Notes: a model not told the origin generated them from the sequence alone. Positions 42,179-54,326 are shown, numbered from the stretch's first letter. The stretch: DNA of 64,000 nt from an uncultured Clostridium sp. (GCA_946404215.1 CAMJCT010000005.1:14685-78684); one strand, 5' to 3'. Numbers and translations: made by a program.

Positions 42179-44011
42179 TTACCATGAGCCACCGCCACCA
42201 CCGCCGGAACCTCCTCCAGAAAATCCTCCACCACTACTTGATGGATTAGATGACATTGCTGTTGAAATTGATGAATATGTTGAATCCATAAATCTATTAA
42301 ATGAGTGGTTATCAAACGCTGTATAACCATAATACCATCTAGGTGCTTCTAACGCAATATCTTCAAATTTCTTCATCCATTTGCTAGATACTCCTAGAAC
42401 ATAAGTATAAGGCAAAATATCATAAAAATATTCAGGATCACGCATAACTAACTCTTCAAGTTGAGGTTTTTCTGCCGTTTCCAAAAAGTATCTGAAACCT
42501 TGTATTTTTCCTAACATTTCAGTTCCATATTGTGTTCTTTTCTTCATTATACCCAAAAAGATAATTAATAAAACTTGACATATACTTTCAATTATAAATT
42601 TTATTAAATATGCTTCGTCCACAACAATATCTTGTACCATACATAAGAATGTAACAGCTACAAAAGCTACTGAACCTAATATAATTGTCCATACATTTGG
42701 TTTTTTATACAATAACATCAATATAGTTACAAGTATAAAACCAACCATTGTTGATATTTCTGCATCTCCTATCGTTATTATTGATAATCCTCCCATAAAG
42801 AAAAAGACAACAATAATCATTGCAATCAAAAATATTCTTTTGCCAAGCGATGCTTTTTCAAATATTTTTTCTTGATTTTCTTTCCTATTAATATTTCTTG
42901 CTATTCTCCTCAAAGTCAAATAAAATTTATCGTATAAATCATTTTTTGTTACTTCATCCTTTGAGCTAAATAATTCATTAAAGAATGTTCTTTCATCCTC
43001 ATTGTCGCCATCATATTCTTTAATTTTAATAATTTTAAAATTCTTTGATTTTATTACTTTTAATGTTTTCTCTTCAAATTCTTCAATTTTTAAATAACCT
43101 TTATTTGCTAAATATATTAGCAGCGATATTATATCTTTTTCCTCTGAATGACCTTTATATATAAATCCTAAGTTTGCACTATTCATTCCATTTGGTGGAT
43201 AGAACTCTACAGTATCGATTACAGCATTATCCTTTCCATATTTACTCCATAATATAAATGCAACAATAACAAATATTATTGAAATACCTATTTCTAGTAA
43301 CATTATAAAATCGAAATTACTACTAGCATCAACGAAATAACCTTCTGGTAAAGTAAGTCTAACTGTCAATGCCTGCCCATTAGATAATCCTGTTGCAAGT
43401 GAGCCATTTATTGTATTACCTGTAACTGTATAATTTACATTAGAACCATTAGTAGAATACTTGGAACCACTAGAAAAACCAAGTTTTGATTTATCAAAAG
43501 CTTTTGGCATTGTAATGGTAAAAGCTACTTCCTCGATATTTGTATCCCATTCATCTCCAATAAGGTTAAAATACAGTTCATCTGCATCCTTTAATGGATC
43601 TTTACCAATATTATAATTATATTTTATTGTATAAGTTTTCCTTCCTGATACTATTTGACTACTACTTCCTATTTTTAATACTTTATATCCGCTCTCATTT
43701 GAAGTAGTATATGGATCACTTACACTTATATTTGAAATTTTTGCTCTATTACTAGACTTTGTCCCATCTAATCTTGTTATTTTATTACGCAAAGGAATTT
43801 TCCTGAAAATGCCATGTTTATTATACCCAGTAAAATTAACACTTATTGTTTCAGTTATATCGAATGTATTATTTTCATTAACTATCATATTAACATCATA
43901 AGATTCTATAGTATATCCACCACTGCTACTTATTGCAGATGTTTCATTAGGTATTAGCAAACCTAATAATACAATCAAAATAAATATGCTTAATATCATC
44001 TTTTTTTTCAT
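42179..44011 (-). CDS. DUF2207 domain membrane protein
   Basis: Signal peptide, HGIFRKIP, LPYTYVLGV, terminal SGGGFSGGGSGGGGGGSW; follows lemA. Confidence 0.9.
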   Translation of the reverse strand: MKKKMILSIFILIVLLGLLIPNETSAISSSGGYTIESYDVNMIVNENNTFDITETISVNFTGYNKHGIFRKIPLRNKITRLDGTKSSNRAKISNISVSDPYTTSNESGYKVLKIGSSSQIVSGRKTYTIKYNYNIGKDPLKDADELYFNLIGDEWDTNIEEVAFTITMPKAFDKSKLGFSSGSKYSTNGSNVNYTVTGNTINGSLATGLSNGQALTVRLTLPEGYFVDASSNFDFIMLLEIGISIIFVIVAFILWSKYGKDNAVIDTVEFYPPNGMNSANLGFIYKGHSEEKDIISLLIYLANKGYLKIEEFEEKTLKVIKSKNFKIIKIKEYDGDNEDERTFFNELFSSKDEVTKNDLYDKFYLTLRRIARNINRKENQEKIFEKASLGKRIFLIAMIIVVFFFMGGLSIITIGDAEISTMVGFILVTILMLLYKKPNVWTIILGSVAFVAVTFLCMVQDIVVDEAYLIKFIIESICQVLLIIFLGIMKKRTQYGTEMLGKIQGFRYFLETAEKPQLEELVMRDPEYFYDILPYTYVLGVSSKWMKKFEDIALEAPRWYYGYTAFDNHSFNRFMDSTYSSISTAMSSNPSSSGGGFSGGGSGGGGGGSW

Positions 44012-44012
44012 A

Positions 44013-44561
44013 TTATAATTCCACCTTTACATTATTTCTTTCATCTTCGTTCGCCTCAAACATTTTTGATGATTTAAAATTAAACATTTTAGCAATTATA
44101 TTACTAGGAAACATTTCAATTTTAATATTTAAGTTTCTTACAACAGCATTGTAATATTTTCTTGAATTAGCAATTTCATCTTCAATTGTAGATAATTGAT
44201 GTGTTAAATCAGAAAAGTTTTGACTAGCTTTTAAGTCTGGATAGTTCTCTGCAACAGCCATTATCTTAGATAATCCACTTGATAACTGTTGGTTTGTATT
44301 AATTTTATCTGATAAAGACATTTTATCGTAAGATGTATTTCTTAATCTTACAATTTCTTCTAAAACGCTACTTTCATGTTTCATATATGTTTTAACCACT
44401 TCTACAAGATTAGGAACTAAATCCCAACGTTTTTTTAAGTATACATCCATTGTTGAAAATGCTTCTTTTACTCTGTTATTTAATTTTACAAAAGAATTAT
44501 ATTGGACTAACACATATATAGCTATTAGAACTACTATACCAATTGCAATATATAGTACCAT
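44013..44561 (-). CDS. lemA: LemA family protein
   Basis: KKRWDLVPNLV, AVAENYPDLKASQNF, SRKYYN, FPSNIIA. Confidence 0.95.
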   Translation of the reverse strand: MVLYIAIGIVVLIAIYVLVQYNSFVKLNNRVKEAFSTMDVYLKKRWDLVPNLVEVVKTYMKHESSVLEEIVRLRNTSYDKMSLSDKINTNQQLSSGLSKIMAVAENYPDLKASQNFSDLTHQLSTIEDEIANSRKYYNAVVRNLNIKIEMFPSNIIAKMFNFKSSKMFEANEDERNNVKVEL

Positions 44562-44727
44562 TATTCTACACCTCCTTAAATAATTTTTTATTCAGTAATA
44601 TCTTACCATATAGATATTTTTTTTACAATATATTTCTGTATTTAAAAAGAGCAATCACAAATTGATTACTCTTCATCTCATTGACATTATTCTCAATACT
44701 TTGCAAAAATTCAAATAAAACTCGCTT

Positions 44728-44814
44728 TGGTGCCGGTGGTGGGACTCGAACCCACACGCCATTGCTGACAACAGATTTTGAGTCTGCCCCGTCTACCAAT
44801 TCCAGCACACCGGC
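44728..44814 (-). tRNA. tRNA-Leu (CAA)
   Basis: GCCGGTG acceptor, anticodon arm GCAGA-CTCAAAA-TCTGT, long variable arm, GTTCGAG T-loop, encoded CCA. Confidence 0.95.
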
Positions 44815-44891
44815 AATTACTAAGTACTAATATATAGTAGCACAAAATTATTAAATTGTCTAGCATTTATAACATATTTTTTAATTAATAA

Positions 44892-44990
44892 GTTACTATT
44901 CATCCATATGTAATTATAAGTCCTTAGCTAAGTGACTACTATCTAAATATTTTGAGAATTAATCTAATGCAACTGGAATAACTTAAATAA
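44892..44990. repeat. Left half of the MITE-like element
   Basis: GTTACT...AAGTCCTTAGCTAAGTGACTACTATCTAAATATTTTGAGAATTAATC...AATAACTTAAA matches the left arm of 16837-17103. Confidence 0.8.
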
Positions 44991-44992
44991 CA

Positions 44993-46249
44993 TTATCGTA
45001 TTATTAAAACCTGCCCTGGGTAAATTAATCTTGGATTTTTTATTTCATTTAGATCAACTAAATATCTTACCGTTACCCCATAATATCTTGCTATTCTCCA
45101 TAAACAATCTCCCTTCTTTACTATATATATTATTACTTTATTGTTGTTGCTACTTAAGCCCTCATTTCCTCTTGATGGTATTCGTATTTTCTGACCTGGA
45201 TATATTAGATTTGGATTTTTTATTATATTTATTTCAAGTATACTTTGCAAAGTTACTCCATGAGCTTTTGCAATATTCCATAAATTATCTCCTCTTTTTA
45301 CTGTGTAAATATAATGCCCCATTTCATTTGTTTCACTTTCATAACTACTAGAAGACAATATTTTAAATACTTGCCCAGGATATATTAAATTAGGGTTTGG
45401 TATTCCATTTAATTCTACTATATTTTGCACTGTTATTCCATATTTATTTGCTATATTCCATAAAGTATCACCTCTTTTTACTGTATAATATATAGCTTCG
45501 CCATCTCCCGCTTCTGGCTCTTTTATATCAGGACATTTGGACTCCTCACACACAAAAATTTTCTCAGTAAATTTATTCTTATCAACATATCCATCAATAC
45601 CTGGAACAGTTCCTTTGCTCGTATATTGCACTCCTTCCCATACATCCCAATTTGAATTCACATCTCTTAATATGTCATAATTTCCATAATACGCAAGCCA
45701 TAATGGATACTTTTTTGCTAATTCATAGCTAAAAATTCTTTGTGAATGATATAAATTGCTATATACTATTACTTCTTTTTGTGTTAATTCTTTCAACTTT
45801 TTTAAAAATGCAACTGAAATTTCATTAATTTCATTATTTGAAAGACCTTTATTAAACTCTTCAAAATCCATAGCCAATTTACAATCTGGAATTTTACCGC
45901 TTATTACAGACGCAAAAAATTGTGCTTGATTTTGTGCTTGTTTTACTGTTGTCGCTGTTAAATAGTGATAAAATCCAACTTTAAATCCATTTTCCTTTGC
46001 ATTTTTATAATTATATTCTAAATATGGGTCTTTAAAGGTAGTTCCTTCACTTGCTTTTATATAAACAACATCTATACCACTTTCTTTTACCTTTTTATAA
46101 TTTATATAACCTTGCCAATTGCTTACATCTATTCCATCATATTGTTTTTGAGAACCCGCAACAATACAATAAGATACCTTATTATTCATAACAAACACTA
46201 TAGTAAAAACCAATAAAAAAAATACTATTTTTTTATAACATATATTCAT
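44993..46249 (-). CDS. GH25 muramidase with three LysM domains
   Basis: GIDVSNWQG, IKASEG, MDFE catalytic motif; three YTVKRGD-type LysM repeats. Confidence 0.93.
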   Translation of the reverse strand: MNICYKKIVFFLLVFTIVFVMNNKVSYCIVAGSQKQYDGIDVSNWQGYINYKKVKESGIDVVYIKASEGTTFKDPYLEYNYKNAKENGFKVGFYHYLTATTVKQAQNQAQFFASVISGKIPDCKLAMDFEEFNKGLSNNEINEISVAFLKKLKELTQKEVIVYSNLYHSQRIFSYELAKKYPLWLAYYGNYDILRDVNSNWDVWEGVQYTSKGTVPGIDGYVDKNKFTEKIFVCEESKCPDIKEPEAGDGEAIYYTVKRGDTLWNIANKYGITVQNIVELNGIPNPNLIYPGQVFKILSSSSYESETNEMGHYIYTVKRGDNLWNIAKAHGVTLQSILEINIIKNPNLIYPGQKIRIPSRGNEGLSSNNNKVIIYIVKKGDCLWRIARYYGVTVRYLVDLNEIKNPRLIYPGQVLIIR

Positions 46250-46301
46250 AAAAAAAATCCCCTCTACATATAATTTATATATTATATGCAAAAAGGATTT
46301 T

Positions 46302-48620
46302 TTATTCTTCACATTCATACTCTAAAACATTAATTGTTTTTAATGATATCTTTGAAAAATCATTTTTATCATCTTCATAATTTAAAATTTTAAATGTCAA
46401 TTTCTTTTTTAACTTTAATTTTAGTTTAGAAATATCTACTAAGATATTGGTTGATAAATCTTGTCCAATTGGAAGTGTTCTATTGTGATTATCATAAAAA
46501 ATACAGTTTGTAAAGCTAATAGCATTAGCTCCTTTTTTCAGATTTATTTTATAAAAGTTTATCTTCCCATTATCATTTTTTAGTGCATTTTTTATTTCTA
46601 CTTCAGGGTTAATCTCAAAAACATTTATATTTTTTTTACTTAATTTTTCAGCATTTAATGCTTTATATACTTGTATATCTTCTTCAATTTTTACCTTAGA
46701 TAAAGCACTTTTTACATTTTTTATAATGTTTTCTAATGTTATTTTATAACCTATCGGCTTTGTCGCTTTATTTATATCTAATACGTTAAATATATCTTTA
46801 TGAGTTTCTCTATGCTTTTGGTTATTAATTTTGGAAATCTTTGTTTCATCTTGTTCCATACCTCCAAAAATATTATATTCCTCACCTGATATAGTACTTT
46901 CTTTTAATGATTCTTTTATCAATCCTTTTAAATTCAATTCAATTTCTTTTGGCGATATTTCATTATTTTTCACCTTGTTTACTATCTCTATTAAATTTGT
47001 ACTTGTTATATATATGCTATCTTTTTCATAATCAGACAACAGTTTTCTTTGTTTTTGATCCATTGTCTTTCCAAATTTTTCTATATCTTCTTCATAATCA
47101 AAAACTTTTGTAATCTTTTTAATAATATTTACCTCTTCTTCTTCGCCTTCTGGTAATGCTTCCATTTCATCTTTATTACTATATCTCCAAAATTCAAAAA
47201 TGCTCTTTTTGTGACTATCTATTTCCTTTATAAAATTAGTTGCATTTTCTATTTTTTTCTTCATATTTTTTTTCTTCAATTTCAGAGCATTTATATCCAT
47301 AACGAGATTCTTCAATGCATTTTCCACTTTTTCATATTCTTTATATATGTCTAATAAATTTTCAATTTTATAATTAGATTTTGTAGATTTTAATTCATCG
47401 TTTTTATGTTTTTCTCCATTATATTCTATTTTTTCAAAATCTATACTTGAATTAACATCAATATTATTCTTTTGCTTTTTCATTTTTGCACTACTATTTT
47501 TTTTGCTATATTTAAAATAATATTTGAACTTACCAAAAAATGTCTTTTTACATTCTAAAAATGTTGAAATCTGTTTTTCTTTTGCTAGATACTCAATTTC
47601 TAAAAGTGATACTTCTTCTTTTAATTTTTTTAATTTTTCATCATTTAAATCAACTAGATTTTTAGCTTCCGCCATTTTTTCAATTGCAATTTTATATTCT
47701 TCTCTAATCCACCCAGCAATATTCTCGTATAAAATTATTTTATCATTATATACAAAATCTATAGATCCTTTTTTATTTATATCTGTTCTAAAATCAAAAT
47801 AATTTGGTAATTTTGTCTGTAAAATATACATAGCTTTTAATAATTTATAAAACTTGGCCGCTTCTTCTTTATTTTCCAGTTTTATTCTATATTGGCTTTT
47901 TATCTTTCCATACACTTCTGTTTCTCCAACAATTCGTATGCTTAAATTTTCATCTTTATCATATACTTCATAAACAAGTGGCCAATTTTTAGTAAATAAC
48001 CATAAATAATTTTCTATATCTTCATATTCTGATTTTTTCAAATATTTAGTACTGTAATTTACATTTTTTATAGGAACAAATATCTTACTTATTCCAAATT
48101 TATATAATTTTTGTTTTATCAAAAAGAAAAATGCAGAATAATCTGTATCTTCTGTAGGAACAATCATAAAATATTTATCTGCAATTTCTGAATAGTATAT
48201 TTGCCACAGATAATTCCCTTCAAATTTTACTTTAAATGGTATCTTTTTATTCAGTAGATTTTGCTCCTTTTCTATTTTTTCTACATCTGCTATTTTAAAT
48301 TGTCTTAGCATATTTAAAAATTTTGTATATCTTAGAAAGTTTTCCTCACTTTCACTATCTAAATACTCCGCTAACGGCCTTGCTTTTTTATACTTTTCTT
48401 CTATCTCATCCAACCTATTTGTTGGAGACAATAAAATTTGTATATCTTCTACCGGAATATATCTGTACTGCCTATATTGTTTTTCATCATTAAATTTATT
48501 TATTTTAACCTCTAAAGGGTCAAATTTTATTAGTTTTTTTGGTATATTGTTTAAATCTAAACATAAATATTCTAATTTTTTTTGTATACTGTCTACTTTT
48601 TTTGTTTCTTTCTTAGGCAA
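46302..48620 (-). CDS. Hypothetical protein (772 aa, central coiled coil)
   Basis: Long ORF, TTG start after GGGGAG; no motif recognised. Confidence 0.8.
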   Translation of the reverse strand: MPKKETKKVDSIQKKLEYLCLDLNNIPKKLIKFDPLEVKINKFNDEKQYRQYRYIPVEDIQILLSPTNRLDEIEEKYKKARPLAEYLDSESEENFLRYTKFLNMLRQFKIADVEKIEKEQNLLNKKIPFKVKFEGNYLWQIYYSEIADKYFMIVPTEDTDYSAFFFLIKQKLYKFGISKIFVPIKNVNYSTKYLKKSEYEDIENYLWLFTKNWPLVYEVYDKDENLSIRIVGETEVYGKIKSQYRIKLENKEEAAKFYKLLKAMYILQTKLPNYFDFRTDINKKGSIDFVYNDKIILYENIAGWIREEYKIAIEKMAEAKNLVDLNDEKLKKLKEEVSLLEIEYLAKEKQISTFLECKKTFFGKFKYYFKYSKKNSSAKMKKQKNNIDVNSSIDFEKIEYNGEKHKNDELKSTKSNYKIENLLDIYKEYEKVENALKNLVMDINALKLKKKNMKKKIENATNFIKEIDSHKKSIFEFWRYSNKDEMEALPEGEEEEVNIIKKITKVFDYEEDIEKFGKTMDQKQRKLLSDYEKDSIYITSTNLIEIVNKVKNNEISPKEIELNLKGLIKESLKESTISGEEYNIFGGMEQDETKISKINNQKHRETHKDIFNVLDINKATKPIGYKITLENIIKNVKSALSKVKIEEDIQVYKALNAEKLSKKNINVFEINPEVEIKNALKNDNGKINFYKINLKKGANAISFTNCIFYDNHNRTLPIGQDLSTNILVDISKLKLKLKKKLTFKILNYEDDKNDFSKISLKTINVLEYECEE

Positions 48621-48672
48621 GACTTTCTCCCCTTTCCCTATTTATTCATATGAAAATACTATTATTTTATTA

Positions 48673-49599
48673 TTATTTTATTATTTCATAAAAACTTTTG
48701 AACTCATACCCTTGCTCCCTTAAGTAATTTATTATTTGAGGCAATGCATCTACAGTTGCCTGTTTCGTTTCTGAATCATGCATTAATACAACTATACTAT
48801 TTTTATCTTGTACAGTGTCTATCAACCTTTCCATCTCAAATTCTACTGTTGGATTTTGTACTTCTGCATCTCCATTTAAAGCATTCCAATCAACATTTAC
48901 AATATTATTTTCATTTAATAATTCCTTTGCCTGGCTCTTAATTTCTGCATATTTGCCTCCAATTAATCCACCTGGAAATCTAAATAAATGTGAATTATAT
49001 TCTGGATTTTTTATTGCCTCTCGTACAATTTCGTTACATCTGTTGTATTCATCAAGCACCGCTTCAGGAGAAGAATAAATATTTTTATACATATGGGTAT
49101 ATCCATGATTAGCCAAATAGTGACCTTCTTCATATATTTTTTTTGCCAATTCTGGATACAAATTCACATTTACGCCTAGCACAAAAAATGTCGCTTTAAC
49201 TTTCTGTTCACTTAAAATATTCAATATTGAATCCGTTTGAATTGAAGGTCCATCATCAAAAGTTAGAAATGCTTGTTTTTTTTCTGAATTATAAATATGA
49301 CTTATATTCTCCTTTCCAATTTCTGTTAAACTAGGGTTTCTCTCTTTTTTTAGTTTTTCCTGTTCTTCTTTTATTTTTGCTTCCCTATTTGCTCTTTCCA
49401 CCTGCAAAGCTATTATTTGAGATTCATATTGTTCATAAGCCTTATTATTTTTTATTATTTCTATTGATCGTATTGCTATTATTATTGATAATATCACAAC
49501 AATTATTAACAGTATAATTAGTGCTATCTTCTTTTTATCTATTTTCTGTTTTAAATTTATTTTGTATATGTTATAAACTTCATTTTCAACTTTTTTCAT
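48673..49599 (-). CDS. Membrane-anchored polysaccharide deacetylase (CE4)
   Basis: LTFDDGPS, ANHGYTH, FRFPGG, VLMHD. Confidence 0.93.
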   Translation of the reverse strand: MKKVENEVYNIYKINLKQKIDKKKIALIILLIIVVILSIIIAIRSIEIIKNNKAYEQYESQIIALQVERANREAKIKEEQEKLKKERNPSLTEIGKENISHIYNSEKKQAFLTFDDGPSIQTDSILNILSEQKVKATFFVLGVNVNLYPELAKKIYEEGHYLANHGYTHMYKNIYSSPEAVLDEYNRCNEIVREAIKNPEYNSHLFRFPGGLIGGKYAEIKSQAKELLNENNIVNVDWNALNGDAEVQNPTVEFEMERLIDTVQDKNSIVVLMHDSETKQATVDALPQIINYLREQGYEFKSFYEIIK

Positions 49600-49749
49600 T
49601 ATTTATTCCTTCATTCTATTACAAAAAGCAAGTCTTAACTTTCTATAAAAAGAAATAACTTAGAAAGAAAGTTTAAGGCTTGCAATACAATCTATTTTAT
49701 TCGTGCTTATAGAAAACATACACCATTATTAAGCTAGAGAACATTCACA

Positions 49750-51324
49750 TTATTTTTTCATTATGCTTTTTAGATATGCTATTTCCTCGTCCACATTTAA
49801 CCTCATAAATATTGGTTCGCCTTTCTCAATTACTTTTGCATCTAAATTCTTATTGCAAAAATTAAGACTATCCCATGTTTTTAGTTCTTTGTTTGTAATT
49901 CCTATTTGTTTTAAAATGTTATCTGCTGTATTATTCATAAATGGTTTTATTAATATAGCTATTTTTCTTAAATTTTCAATTAAGTGATACATACAAGATT
50001 CTAATTTTTCTTTTTCATCTTCTCTTGCTAAAACCCATGGTGAGGTTTCATCTATATATTTATTTGTTCTTGCTATTAAATTCCATATTTCTTGAATGCT
50101 ATTAGCTATTTCATAATTATTCCATTTTTGCTCAAATAGTTTTATTTGATTGTTCGTGTATTCTTCAAATTCACTATCTACATCATTTGGTGTCCCATTA
50201 TAACATGGAACAACTCCATTAAAATATTTATTAACCATTGACACTGTTCTATTTAAAAGATTACTTAAATCATTACATAAGTCAAAATTATATCTTTCTA
50301 CAAACGCTTCTGGTGAAAATACCCCATCCTGATTTACAGGCATTTCTCTTAATAAAAAATACTTAGTTGCATCTAGCCCATATCTTTCTATAAGAGTTTC
50401 TGGATATACAACATTCCCCTTGGATTTTGACATTTTGCCATCTTTCATTGTAATCCAATTATGCACTAATATTGTTTTTGGAATTGGTAAATCTAATGCC
50501 ATTAAAAATATAGGCCAATAAATAAGATGAAATCTAGCTATATCCTTACCAACAATTTGTAAATCTGCAGGCCAATATTTTTTAAATAAACTATCATCTT
50601 CTGATAAATACCCAATAGCTGTAATATAGTTTGTTAAGGCATCTACCCATACATATATTACATGTTTTGGATCTTTCAAAACTTTAATTCCCCAATCAAA
50701 TGATGTTCTTGTTACACATAAATCCTCTAACCCTGGTTTTATAAAGTTATTTATCATCTCATTTTTTCTATATTCTGGTTTTATAAAATCTGGATGTTCA
50801 TCGTAGTATTTTAAAAGCTTGTCTGCATATTTTTTCATATTAAAAAAATATGCTTCTTCTTTCATGAGTCTAACATCTCTTCCACAGTCAGGACATTTTC
50901 CTTCTTTAAGTTGCGTTTCAGTAAAATATGTTTCACATGGTACACAATACCAACCTTCATATTCTCCTTTATAAATATCACCCTGTTGCATAAATCTATC
51001 AAATATTTTTTGCACTATTTTTTCATGTCTAGGTTCAGTTGTTTGGATAAAATCGTCGTAGTCAATTTCCATTTTTGCCCATAATTCTCTTGCCATTTTA
51101 GCTATTTCATCCACATATGCTTTAGGAGTTTTACCTGCTTCTTTTGACTTTTCTTCTATTTTTTGTCCATGTTCATCTGTACCTGTAAGCATATATGAGT
51201 CCTCGCCTTTTAAAATATGGTACCTCTTCATACTATCTGCTAATACTGTAGTATAAGCCGTTCCTATATGAAACTTTCCGCTTGGGTAATATATTGGTGT
51301 TGTTACATAAAATTTATCATTCAT
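49750..51324 (-). CDS. metG: Methionine--tRNA ligase (short form)
   Basis: YYPSGKFHIG (HIGH), KMSKS, zinc knuckle; no C-terminal OB domain. Confidence 0.96.
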   Translation of the reverse strand: MNDKFYVTTPIYYPSGKFHIGTAYTTVLADSMKRYHILKGEDSYMLTGTDEHGQKIEEKSKEAGKTPKAYVDEIAKMARELWAKMEIDYDDFIQTTEPRHEKIVQKIFDRFMQQGDIYKGEYEGWYCVPCETYFTETQLKEGKCPDCGRDVRLMKEEAYFFNMKKYADKLLKYYDEHPDFIKPEYRKNEMINNFIKPGLEDLCVTRTSFDWGIKVLKDPKHVIYVWVDALTNYITAIGYLSEDDSLFKKYWPADLQIVGKDIARFHLIYWPIFLMALDLPIPKTILVHNWITMKDGKMSKSKGNVVYPETLIERYGLDATKYFLLREMPVNQDGVFSPEAFVERYNFDLCNDLSNLLNRTVSMVNKYFNGVVPCYNGTPNDVDSEFEEYTNNQIKLFEQKWNNYEIANSIQEIWNLIARTNKYIDETSPWVLAREDEKEKLESCMYHLIENLRKIAILIKPFMNNTADNILKQIGITNKELKTWDSLNFCNKNLDAKVIEKGEPIFMRLNVDEEIAYLKSIMKK

Positions 51325-51441
51325 ATATCTCTCATCTCCCTAGTAACTTACTAGTTACAATAATATCATAAATAAACCAAATTGTCCATCATTTTGGTGT
51401 TTTTTTTACTAACAGCAAGCTAAATAGTAAATTAAAACATC

Positions 51442-54171
51442 TTATTCATCTTTTGTAGTGTTAATTTTAAATAGTTTAAATATTTCAACAATAACTATTG
51501 GTGAAAAAACTAAACATATTAATTCTAATATATTTTCTGCAGATAAAATTGGAATACTAAACATATCTCTAAGTACTGGCACCACTAATAATATAATCAT
51601 TAAAGCAGATGATAATAGTATTGCCCAAATTAGCTTACTATTATTAAACAATTTTGTCTTAAATATAGTTTTTTTATTATCTCTTATATTAAATACATGT
51701 GTTAATTCAGATAAAGCAAGTGTTGCAAAGGCCATAGCTTGTCCAACTTCTATTTTGGATTCATCAAGTGTTAAATTTCCTATAGGCTCTTTTGTTGTTG
51801 CTAAACCTAACATAAATGCTGCAAGAGTTATAAGTCCAATCATAATTCCCTGATATACTATTCTCCAAGTCATCCCTTTTGTGAATACTCCCTTTACTGG
51901 CTTAGCAGGTCTTCTGTTCATAATATCACTATTAGCTGGGTCAAAAGCTAAAGCTAGAGCAGGTAAAGAATCTGTTACTAAATTTATCCATAATATGTGA
52001 ATTGGAAGCAATATTTCTAAATGATTAATATTTGAAATTCCAAACCAACCTGCAAATATTGGTGTGCATAATGTTGCTAAAAATAGTACTACTATTTCTC
52101 CAATATTACTTGATAATAAAAATTGAATAACCTTTAAAATATTATCATATATTCTTCTACCCTCTTCTACAGCTGAAACTATTGTAGCAAAATTATCATC
52201 TGTTAGAATCACATCTGCTGCTTCTTTTGCAACATCTGTTCCAACTACTCCCATTGCACATCCAATATCTGACACTTTAAGTGCAGGACTATCATTTACA
52301 CCATCACCAGTCATAGCAACTATTTCTCCATTTTTTTGCCACGCCTTTACTATTCTAACTTTATGTTCTGGTGATACTCTAGCATAGACAGAATACTTTC
52401 TAATGTTTTCTTCTAATTCTTCTTGACTCATTTTCTCTAAATCTGAACCTGTAATTGCTTCTTCATCACTTTCTAGTATTCCCAACTGTTTTGCAATTGC
52501 TGTTGCTGTAATTTTATGGTCTCCTGTGATCATTACTGTTTTTATACCAGCATTCTTGCATTTTTCTACAGCTTTTTTTGCTTCTTCTCTTGGCGGGTCT
52601 ATCATTCCAACCATACCTATAAAAATCAAATCTTTTTCAATATCTTCTATTTCATCGGCAGTTGGCTTATTATTTAATTCTTTATATCCACAAGCCAATA
52701 CTCTTAGGGCTTCATTTGCCATATTTTCGTTATGTTCTCTAATTTTTTTTGAATAATTATCTAAATCACTTTTTATGTTTCCATTTAATATATAGGAATT
52801 ACATTTTTTTAATAATTCGTCTACTCCACCCTTTGTATAAACAATATACTTTCCATTTATTTCATTTATTGTTGTCATTAGTTTTCTATCTGAATCAAAA
52901 GGTACCTCGCTTATACGTGGTGCTCTGTCATATATTGTAGGATCAAAATTCAATTTAAATGCCATATCTACCAATGCTGTTTCTGTAGGATCTCCTGTTA
53001 AACTTCCATCACTTGATATTTTCGTGTCATTACAAAGCATATTACTATATATCAATTTATTTAAGTCATCATTAATATTTTCATCCTTTATATCCTGTAA
53101 ATCTTTTGTTTCAGAATCTATAAATATCTTTTGCACTGTCATTTTGTTTTGTGTTAAAGTACCTGTTTTATCTGAACAGATTACAGTACTACTACCCAAT
53201 GTTTCAACAGCTGGAAGTCTTTTTACTATAGCATTTCTTTTAACCATCTTTTGTACACCTATTGCTAAAACAATTGTAGATACAGCAACTAATCCTTCAG
53301 GAATAGCTGCTACAGCTAAGCTAACTGCTGTCATAAACATATGAATTGGTTCTTTTCCTTGTATTAATCCTATTATAAAAATAAATACACATATTGCAAG
53401 AGCAACAATTCCCAAAGTTTTTCCCAATTTATTCAATTTTTGCTGTAACGGTGTTTCTTGAATTTCTGTATTATTTATCATTCCAGCAATCTTACCTACT
53501 TCTGTTGTCATTCCAGTTTCTACAACAATACCTTTTCCTCTTCCATATGTGACTAAGCTAGACGAAAATAACATATTAACTCTATCGCCAATTCCAACAT
53601 CCTCTTTTAATATTTTCTCTGTACTTTTCTCTACTGGAACAGACTCTCCAGTAAGCGACGCTTCTTGAGTTTTAAGATTTACAGCTTCTATTATTCTTAA
53701 GTCTGCTGGAATGTAATCCCCTGTATCAAGTAAAACTATATCTCCCGGAACCAATTCTTTTGCTGGTATTACTGTTACTTGGCCATTTCTTAAAACTTTT
53801 GAAGCATGATTTGTTAGTTTCTGCAATGCTTCTAAAGACTTTTCTGCTTTTGATTCTTGCGTAACACCTATAATTGCATTAACAACAACTACCACTAATA
53901 TGATTATTGTATCTGTTATTCCCTCTCCTTCTGTTATACCTACTAGCCCTGAAACTACTGCAGCTATAATTAAAACTATTATAGAAAAATCCTTAAATTG
54001 TTCTATAAATCGTTGCACTAAACTTTTCTTTTTAGTAGTCATTAATTGGTTTAATCCATACTTTTCTTGAAAATGTTGCACTTGTTCTGTATTTAATCCA
54101 TTTTTCAAATTCGTTTGTAACTCATTTTCCACTTCTTTTATTTCTTTGTTAAACCATCTATTTTCTGGCAT
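51442..54171 (-). CDS. P-type cation ATPase (type IIA, Ca2+-transporting-like)
   Basis: [31 protein letters not shown]. Confidence 0.95.
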   Translation of the reverse strand: MPENRWFNKEIKEVENELQTNLKNGLNTEQVQHFQEKYGLNQLMTTKKKSLVQRFIEQFKDFSIIVLIIAAVVSGLVGITEGEGITDTIIILVVVVVNAIIGVTQESKAEKSLEALQKLTNHASKVLRNGQVTVIPAKELVPGDIVLLDTGDYIPADLRIIEAVNLKTQEASLTGESVPVEKSTEKILKEDVGIGDRVNMLFSSSLVTYGRGKGIVVETGMTTEVGKIAGMINNTEIQETPLQQKLNKLGKTLGIVALAICVFIFIIGLIQGKEPIHMFMTAVSLAVAAIPEGLVAVSTIVLAIGVQKMVKRNAIVKRLPAVETLGSSTVICSDKTGTLTQNKMTVQKIFIDSETKDLQDIKDENINDDLNKLIYSNMLCNDTKISSDGSLTGDPTETALVDMAFKLNFDPTIYDRAPRISEVPFDSDRKLMTTINEINGKYIVYTKGGVDELLKKCNSYILNGNIKSDLDNYSKKIREHNENMANEALRVLACGYKELNNKPTADEIEDIEKDLIFIGMVGMIDPPREEAKKAVEKCKNAGIKTVMITGDHKITATAIAKQLGILESDEEAITGSDLEKMSQEELEENIRKYSVYARVSPEHKVRIVKAWQKNGEIVAMTGDGVNDSPALKVSDIGCAMGVVGTDVAKEAADVILTDDNFATIVSAVEEGRRIYDNILKVIQFLLSSNIGEIVVLFLATLCTPIFAGWFGISNINHLEILLPIHILWINLVTDSLPALALAFDPANSDIMNRRPAKPVKGVFTKGMTWRIVYQGIMIGLITLAAFMLGLATTKEPIGNLTLDESKIEVGQAMAFATLALSELTHVFNIRDNKKTIFKTKLFNNSKLIWAILLSSALMIILLVVPVLRDMFSIPILSAENILELICLVFSPIVIVEIFKLFKINTTKDE

Positions 54172-54231
54172 TTAAAATCAACTACCTCTCTTGTTTTATT
54201 TTTTTTAAGATTTTAAAACAGTTCTTATAAC

Positions 54232-54280
54232 AAAAGGACCTTTAAAAAGAAAAACTCCGTAATTCCTTTTAAAAGTCCTG
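54232..54280 (-). terminator. Terminator hairpin between tRNA-Glu and the P-type ATPase
   Basis: Minus strand AGGACTTTTAAAAG...CTTTTAAAGGTCCT followed by TTTGTT. Confidence 0.6.
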
Positions 54281-54326
54281 CTTACTAGTTATTAGCCTAC
54301 CATCTTGATATCTAATATTACGACTT

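Noticed and set aside
40544-44727. Genomic island integrated at the tRNA-Leu 3' end
   Set aside because: No integrase and no duplicated tRNA 3' end seen; only purC looks compositionally foreign
44623-44808. 61-aa ORF MLELVDGADSK...
   Set aside because: It is a translation of the tRNA-Leu gene
51325-51441. T-box leader for metG
   Set aside because: Intergenic gap too short and no T-box consensus visible
54230-54326. Metal-sensing riboswitch (yybP-ykoY type) upstream of the P-type ATPase
   Set aside because: Only weak partial resemblance; the hairpin is explained as the tRNA-Glu terminator. An Rfam scan would be needed.
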